Shown here: positions 6,567-15,500 of the stretch, piece by piece
Position numbering within the stretch: position 1 is the first letter of the stretch
How the letters are laid out: the number at the start of each line of letters is the position of its first letter
Source of the DNA: a virus
Taxonomy: Duplodnaviria > Heunggongvirae > Uroviricota > Caudoviricetes
Strand: one strand, 5' to 3'
Length of the DNA: 17,937 nt
Virus record (IMG/VR): IMGVR_UViG_3300044642_000188
Translations under genes and position numbers: made by a program
Notes under the pieces: generated by a model
What the model saw: only the letters and a program-made list of their open reading frames with translations
What the model was told of the DNA's origin: nothing
Database searches by the model: none

Positions 6567-9500
6567 TTATTGTCCACAAGGATTAGGGTTATCAGCTCCT
6601 TCTAAATCGCCTTCAAATTCAGCAGGAGGTTTAGGCATATTGTTTAACGCTGCAGCATTGATTCTATCTTCATACTGACCAATTGTTTCGCCAGAAACTT
6701 TTGATATAGTCTCGTGTGCTTTCTCATGTAACAAAGCAAACGTTAAGAACTCGTTAAATGATTTGAACTGTTCTGCAGGAAGTGCTGTAGCTTTACTACC
6801 ATCTGCCTGTGTAACAGGACTGGTCCAAGCTTTATCATCAAACTTCTTCTGCATTAGATCTTTAACCATTTGGATCTTCTCTCCTTTGTTTAAGTTTCTC
6901 ATTGCTACAGGAACATCTTTGTTTGTAGAGATTTCATCAACAAACTCTATAGCTGTATTCAAGAAAGACTTATCAGCTTCTAATTGCTCTAAAGTTACAT
7001 ACGCACTTAAACCTGGTTTAGGTTTTAATTCTTCTCTTACTTCCATTAACAGTTTAGGAAACTCTGTTCTCCATTTAGATTTAGGAGACTCTTGTGTATG
7101 GGTAAGTTCAGCATTTCCTGTAGCTAACAAAGCTTTAAGAGCTGATGGATTTTGTTCAAAAGAAGCTTTCATTAATTCCTTCATTATTCTTGAAGAGTTT
7201 GCATCCCATGCTTTTGTATTTAATCCTTTAATTTTTCCTCCTAATTCTTTTGCATTAGCTCCTGAGTATTCTTGAAACTTAAGTAACATATCATAAAAAC
7301 TAGGAGTAAGACCAAATTCAGGAGAATTATAAACTGAGCTATATAGTAGTTTAGCTGCTTGAAATGCTCCTTCAACATTTTCAAAGCCTACACCATCTGC
7401 TGTTGTAAAAGGTCTATTAGCAAAGTTACTTAACTCAGCATTCTCTCCTGTACCTGCATAGATGTTAATCTTTTTAGAGCTATCTATAACTGGTTGAGGT
7501 TTAGTTGATTGAGTTTCATTAACTTGACCAAACCTAGCTTTAAACTGTTGTTCATTAGAAATATCTTGACCAGATATGTTTCTAAATTTCCAACCTTTAG
7601 GAGCTAGTATAGTAGTAGGTATTCCTAATTTAATTCCAGCTTTAGCTCCAGCTTCATCAAATCCTGTTTGTCCACCAGTTCTAATTGATTCTATTTTGTT
7701 CTTAAGATTAGGAGATTCTACAATACCTTTTAATATTCTATAAGTCATTAAATCTACTTCTTCTTGATTCCATCCAGCTTCTCTCATAGTGTATATACCA
7801 TTTCCTGCTATGTTTAATGTTTTAGCGTTCACTGAATTCAATTGGTCTACTATTACATTAACTTGAGATGTTATATCAGCTTTATTAATATCAGAAGTTT
7901 CCGTCTTTGTAGGAACAGCTAAAGGTATATATTTCTTATTTTGTTCTAATACAGATGACTTAGTTAACTTCTCACCAGCAGAATTAAAGTTGTAAGCAAA
8001 AGCAATAGTTGCATCAGCACTTGCATTTTTGATAGTTCTATTTTTATATCCTGATGTAGGTTCTTCTTGAAACTCTATAACTGGTTGAGTTTCAGTGGTT
8101 ACAGGTGCAATATCATATACATATAGTCTACCCTTACCATTAACCCAATCTTTAGTCTGTTGGTACATAAGATCATTCTCAGATTTTGCACCATCATCCT
8201 TAAGCATTTTTTCTTTACCGCCAGCTTCTTCAATAGTTAAAAGACCACGATTTGTAATATTATAAGGTAGTCCACCTATAGTTCTAACTTGTGTTTGACC
8301 TACAGGAATACCTATTTCATCAGCTTGTCTTTGAGAACGTATTGTAGCAGTTTTAGTACCAGCTTTAATCTTCTCAATATTAGCAGGTTGCATCTGAATA
8401 GTCTTATCCATAGATTGTAAAGGTACAACTTTAGGTTGAGTTTGCCCACCATAATGTGCAATTATTTCTTCGTCTGTAATCTCATTAGCAATCTTTACAG
8501 TGCCATTGTTTAATACAGAAGGAATATTATTCTCATAGTATTCAGAAGCTAATTGACCGTCACCATATAGATTAATTAATTTATATACATGGCTACCCAC
8601 TCCTTTATCATCATACACAATCACTGGACTACCGTCAGCATATTTAACCTTTTGATAACCGTATATGTCTTTTAAAGATAGGTCACCTTTAGATTTCTTA
8701 ATTGCAAACATTGAGTTGGTTACATTTTCACCATTAGTCATGTTAACTCTTGTTCCTGTAAAAGGATCTTCAACCACTCTAGGAACCTTAACAAAATCAT
8801 ATTTCAAGCTAGCTGCATTATAACGCTCACTCAATAACAATATCTTTCTGTCTGTAGACTTGATTCCTAAGTTCTTAATGTTAGGGAAAGCTGGAGAGAA
8901 GTATTGGTAAATGTCATTATCATATATATCCACAGCAATAGGAGACTCCTGAGCTAAGAAGAACTTAGGCTTCACCTTACCAAATATCTTTTCATCCTTC
9001 CAGTTGTTCCTTTGGAATGCACCTTGGGCAAATGATAGTAATGAATCATTAGATACAAGAGGAGCTATTACTGGAGCAATGATTTTGCTATAGTCTTCAA
9101 TAGGAATAATGTTCTTTATAGATATACCTGTTTGGTATGTACCCTGGAGAATAGATAATTTAACTATGTTTTTGTACAGCTCTGTAGTAGATGAGTTATC
9201 TCTGAGCTCTCTCATATATCCTGTATATAAGTTCTCATCGTAAGCATCTTTGTTATTAGCTAACAGTTTAATACTCTTAGCACCATCCACTCTATCAGAA
9301 CTAACCACTTGTAGATCGTTTAAGATTGTAAGTCCTGGGTTATTACGCTTAGCCTCAGCTAGTTGAGAAGCTACAGATGTACCTGCATCAACTAACAATG
9401 CTTTAATCTCACTGTTTAAACCACTCTTAGTTTGGATGATGTAGTCTAGGAAAGAAGCTTTTAGTTTGTTAGCAATTCTATCATAGTCATCAGCACTTAA

Positions 9501-12500
9501 GTATTGATCTTTTGCAAAAGACTTTAATATTGAATTAGTTATAACTCTAAACTCATCCTTCTCAAGCTTGAATATCTCACCCATAGCTTCCATAGAAGAA
9601 GCAATAAGCTCAGCCTGCTTACCTATAAATGAAGCATCTAACAACTCATTTACAGAACTGATAATGTTAATATCTTCAGCAACTTCTGTTCTTGTTTCCT
9701 TCTTAAACAATGCATCACCACTTCTAAACTTGGTAGTGTCATAGTTAATCGCTTGACCAAAGTTAAATAGATACTCAGCCATCTTAGCGTATTTCAAGAA
9801 CTCGTTTAGTATAACATGTTGCTCAGCATTCTTAGGTTCACTAAGTTCTCCTTTAGAATAGTATTCTGAAATGTTATCTTCAAGAGTGTCAACGCTAACA
9901 CCTGCAGAGCTAATCAATGTTCCAGTTGTAACAAACTTAGACTTAACAGCATCTATGTTCTTTTGGTTAAATAAACCTCTAGCTCCTGTGTTATCTAAGT
10001 ATGTTAAATACTCCTTAACAATTGGTTGGTTCATGAACATTGCTGTTGTCTCAATTGGAACACCAATTCTTTCTAAGTACATAAATGTACCTACAGCTAA
10101 GTCAGAACCTATAATCTTAAGGATGTATGGATCTTTAGCCACATCCACAAACGCTGTTGCATATCCAGATAGTTTACCAGAAATATACTTACCAGCCTTA
10201 TCTAGAATTGAAGATAAGGATATACGTTCTTCACCATTAACATTCACTGTATTATGTGGAAGAGCCACCTTACCATCACCTAATATCTTTCTATCAACCT
10301 CATTAACAAGCTCAAACTTACTAGGATCAATATATGCAGAAATCTTTTGTGTAAGAGAATGGTTAGTGATGTTTACAGCAGCAATACCCACCCAACGCTT
10401 AGCAGTTACGAATGCGTGTCTAAGTTTAGTTAGATAGTTTCTATCAAGCATCCTGTTCTTGATAGTGCTTTCATCATACCCTCTTAACTTATCTAATTTA
10501 GAAGCTAAGTCTTTTAAACCAGCATCTCCTATGGGAGAAATCAATCTCTCAAAGTTCTCTGGAAGTGTAAGAAGTTTTGTTAAAGAATCGTAGTATTCAT
10601 TCTCTAAAGACTTCTTATACATGTCTCTAACAAACTTATCTTTCAACTCAGCTTGTAGAGTGGCATCACCCATTTTTTCTAGTTGCTTCATAATAACATC
10701 CTCAAAGTCTGTACTATCAGAAACATCTTCTAATAAAGCATCTAATAGATTAGAATATCTATCTACAAGGTTATTAGGATCTTCCAATCCATAGGTTAAT
10801 ATCTGTGCAGCTTCTAATAAGTTAGCCTTTTTAATTTTCTTGTTTTCCAAAGTTTCATCAAATACATTAGCATAGAACTCTTTAGTAGCTTCTTCAGAAC
10901 CTTTGTATTTAACTAGACGGATGTCACCATTCTTATCTAAATAAGTAGCCTTTAAATAAGTGTTTAATTTATCTATATCAAAGTCAGATCCAGCCTTTGT
11001 AGTGATTTCAGAAGGAACAACAATAGTATCTCCCATAAATTGTGGTAAGAAACCTTTCACTCTAAACACCTCAATATTACTTAATTCCTGTGTAGGAATA
11101 CGGAAACCAACTCCCGTAAGAATAGAACGTCCTTCTTCTGTACTGTTTAAATAGTTAAGTAGGGCCTCATCATTAGGAAACTTCTTACCAAACTTCACTT
11201 TAAACCAATGTGGTAATAACACCTCACAATAAGGTTGGTCCTTAGTATAGAACTTAAGAGTGTCGTCTGTTAATCTTACCTTCTTCTTATCTTCTTCAGA
11301 CAGGTTATTGTATTCTACTTTAGAGATTTCTTTAAATCCATCTTTTGTTTTAAGAGCAATCTTTCTACCAGCTTTCGCATCCTCCCATCCTGTTACAGGA
11401 ACCTGCACCTTAGGACCACCATTCATCTTAGGAGATGTGATGGCTTTATCCACCATTGAATAAAGAATATTTCTAATCTGTACGTAGGCATTAGATGCTT
11501 CAAATGGAATTCTAAATTGACCATTCTCATCTAATTGTACAGTATCTTTAGCATTGTCAGACATCTCTCTTCTAAGCATTTCATACTCAAGAAGTTTAGA
11601 TACGTCTACATTATTTGTAAGTTTAAACCCATCACCAAGATCTTCAATACCAAGCTTTCTTAATAGCTCGTTATATCCATTCTCGTGCATCCTATCTAAT
11701 ATCTCTTTGTTACGAGAATATTCTTTAGCTGCCTCAGGACTTGTAGCTACACCATTGTTAAATAAGTTTAAGCTAGCTAGTTTAGTAACCTGAGAACCAC
11801 GAGTTTGTTGCTTAGATCCTTCATAGCTATTCTCCACTTGAATACCATAAGCACTCCAAGGAACTTGTATCTTATTATCAAATCCAGCATCATTTAGACT
11901 ACCATCTCCATTATACAAACTGTACAATGTTTCAGTGCCCACCTTTCTGCCAGACTCAAATATAACATAGCCTATGTCTTCCTTCATCATCTTAACATAA
12001 AGCTTCTCTAGGTTAGTTCCTTCTACAGCCTTGTAGTATAAAGGCATTTGAGAGAACTTATCTAACACTAAATCAAACTGAGTAGAACCATACTTGTTAC
12101 CAGTTACAATAGGTTTCAACACCTCTGTAACATATTTTGGTTCTGGTTTAGATATAGTCTTCTCATCCTGAGCTCTTAGTGAATCATTAGTATAAGCGTA
12201 ATCACCCTTGGCAGCCATTTTATTTCTAGTGTAAGCCATTTGCCATTGGTGCCAATCTTCAGCCTCATCAGACCATTGACCATTCTTATTCTTAACCTCT
12301 CTATATGTACCATCCATTAAATAAGAAGCAGCATCAGCCTCATTAGTCTCACCTAATAATCTACCTAACACCTTTACATCCTTTAATGTAATAGTGTTGG
12401 TGTAAGGTTTGAACTTCTGGAATCCTGGATCTCCTTCATTCAATTCAATCTCTCCAGCTTTATTTAGTTCCTGATTAAGGAATGTGTTATAGTCTGGGAA

Positions 12501-15500
12501 ATCAAATGTAGTTCTTCTACCAGATAAGAAAGACTTAACACGTTTAGTTTCATCTAGGATGTTATCTTTAATCTTAAATTGATATGGATCACCAAATAAG
12601 ATTTTGTGGTATTCTATATTGTTGATTATATAGTTTGCATTAGCAAAACTTATAATGTTCTTTAACTTTTTCTCAGAAAGCTTAAACTTATTAAACTTCT
12701 CTGCTTTTGCAAATACATCATCTAGTTTAGGATAAGAGTATTCACCCTTAGTGTTTACATAGATCTCTCCGTTTGCAGCAAGTGTTTTGAATGTAACATC
12801 AGATACACCATCAATGTAATCCTTAATAGACTTGTTGATGTCTCCTATATTAGCTTCAATGAATGCATTGATTTCTTCTTCAGATGCCTCTTTAGCAATC
12901 AAATTATTGATACTAGCTAATGTATCTTTAGAAAGAATATCATTAAAGAAGCGAAGCTCAGAAGCTTTGTTTCCTACATTCATAAGTTGAGTTCTACTAG
13001 CAGCAGTTAGTGCTAAGTTGATCTCATCCTTTAAATATCCTTTAAAGGTTGTATAAATCTTACCCCAAGCTGTTCCGTTTTCAAATGCTGAGAAACGAAC
13101 GTTGTTACCTAGGTTCATCATCCATTCTGTAGAACCATCCGCAGGAATAAGTACATAGTAGTTACCATTAAGGTTTTGGTTAAACTCTTGTGTGAATCTT
13201 TCTCCTTCAGTTAATCTACTAGTAGCTGTACCATCATTCTCATCTACAAGCTTAGTTCCCTGGATGTAACTAACCTTTATAGATCTAATTCTATTACCAT
13301 CTTCATCAAAGAATAATCCACCCTTCTTTAACACTTGGCTACTTGCAGAGAAAATATCTTTAAGCTCTGGTCTAGCTTCAAGAAGCTCATCTAATGTATT
13401 TGCTTCATTAAATAAGTTCTCAAATAAAGAAGGAGCATTATTTTCTGCAAATGAGTTTGTTCTTCTGTTCTCAACGTTAAAATAGGTAGCATCAATGTTA
13501 GGGTTGGTCACCTTTACATATAGCTCAGAGATGAGACTTAATGGACCATTAATGTCTAAAACCTTACCTGTAACACTTAATATATCATTCTTTCCTCTAA
13601 GAGAAACAATCAATCCACCAATAGCGTTAGCAAACTTATTCTTTTGAACAGTCTTTAACTTTGAATAGACTTCCATAGGGAATTCAATACCTAGATTACC
13701 TAGGAATGTTATCATCTCTTCAGGAGTCTTATTTGACACATTAGTTAAGTCTCCAACTTTGTAAGTCTTTGTACCACGGTCATAGCTAATTAAAGAACCT
13801 TCCACTTTAGATAAAGCTTTCATGTTCTCTATCCAACCTTCTTTAACTGAGTTAGCAGCAGTGTATAAGTTAGCAGATCCTGTGTACACCTCATCTCCAC
13901 TAACGTATTGAATAAGTGCATCAGGCTTTTGCTTGGTGAATGTTTGATAGAAGTTAACAAACAATCTCCAATCCTGTGCTTCAAACTTAGAGAAGTCAAT
14001 AACCATGTTGTTTCTATTACCACCCACACGAGTGAATAGACGTACATAGTTACTATCATATTTAGCAAGATCAATCAGCTTATCTACAACAGAAGTAACC
14101 TTTGTTGTATTAGCTAGCTTATCTAACACTGTAGCAAATGATCTAGTAAAGTTTAATAGCTTGTATCCCATTACGTCAGATAGTTTCTGAGCAGGGAGAG
14201 CCATACTACTTGCGTTCTCTTGATTACTTGGTGTGGTTTCAGTTAATGTACCAATAAGTAACTTGATAGCAAACGAAGAACTCTTCTTCCAATCTGTAGA
14301 GAATGGTTCAGGAGCGTAATCATTTTTATTTACGTTCTCATCATTAATACTAATACTTTGATTCTCATCAAACTCAAGTTTAAATGTACGTAAGAACTCT
14401 TTTGTTTTATTAACTAATTGATTCCAAGCGTTTTCACCTAACATTTCCAATTTGCCTTCTTCAGCATATTGACTTTTAACTTGGTTAAATATATCAGGAG
14501 CTGTAAGTTTTTCTGGATTGTACAAAGATGTATTAGTTCCAAACATAATTTGGAAAGATCTAGCTGTAATATCCTGAACAAACTCATGTGTTTGTTTTTC
14601 ACTTAATCCTTCAACAGCTCTGTATTCAGACATGTCATTCTTAACACTCTCTGGAACAGTCATTTCTTTAAACTTACCTGCATTAATAGCTTTGAATAAC
14701 TCTTGCTTTTGTGTAGGTTTGTTTACAAACTGTTTAACAAACTCAATAATGTTTCTAAAGAAGTTTAAGATTCTTTCACCAATGCTTCTAGCAGGAAGTT
14801 TACCCACCTTGAAATCAGCAAAGTCATCAGCTATTCTTTCCTTAGCTTGCTTATCTGTAGCCTGGTCATAAGCAATCTTCTTACCAGATTGTCTATCTGT
14901 AAATGTACCAGGCTTAGATTTAAACTCATCTAATATAGCTTGTCTTTGTTCTTCTGTAAGGAAAGCTTTCCATATACCCTCAAATACCTCGTGGTATTCT
15001 GTACCTCTAGCGGCTGACTTATAGAACTTAGCCACACCATTCTCAAATGCACCCCAAGCTTTCTCACCATCATTTGTACTGATGATGTTATCTAATATCT
15101 CAAATGGAATACCTGGAACATTTTCTGCAGCCCATTTCTTAAATATTTCTATCTCAGCATCATTAATTCTTTCTACACCATTAGCACCCACTCTTCTATA
15201 CTCACTGTTTGAAGGAGGTTTAGTGTTACCAAAGTTCTTAGGAGCAGTAGGTCCTTCTAACTCAGCTAGTAATTCTTTTAATTCCTCTACACCTTTAGAT
15301 GTTCTTTCTAAAGTTTCTTCATATTCTTTGATCTTTTCATTTATTGGGCCAATCATAGACGTATTAGACAAAACAGATGGTAGTTTAAGTTTTTCTCTAT
15401 TTTTAACTAATTCTTCTATTGCTTCTTTTAATCTTGGTATAATATCGTTCTCACGCTCAGATATTGCCATTTTTAAACGATATATAGTATCAGCTTTTTT

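Noticed and set aside
7530-8070. Lower GC of accessory inserts as evidence of recent transfer
   Set aside because: Spot counts of a few 60-nt lines overlapped with core values; needs a proper codon-usage analysis.
7013-8443. CRISPR array or insertion-sequence target duplication
   Set aside because: Repeats are 10-16 bp, non-palindromic, separated by 350-590 nt of in-frame coding sequence; no transposase.
13829-14074. 81-aa minus-strand alternate-frame ORF
   Set aside because: Nested out of frame in the RNAP gene with no recognisable features or initiation evidence.
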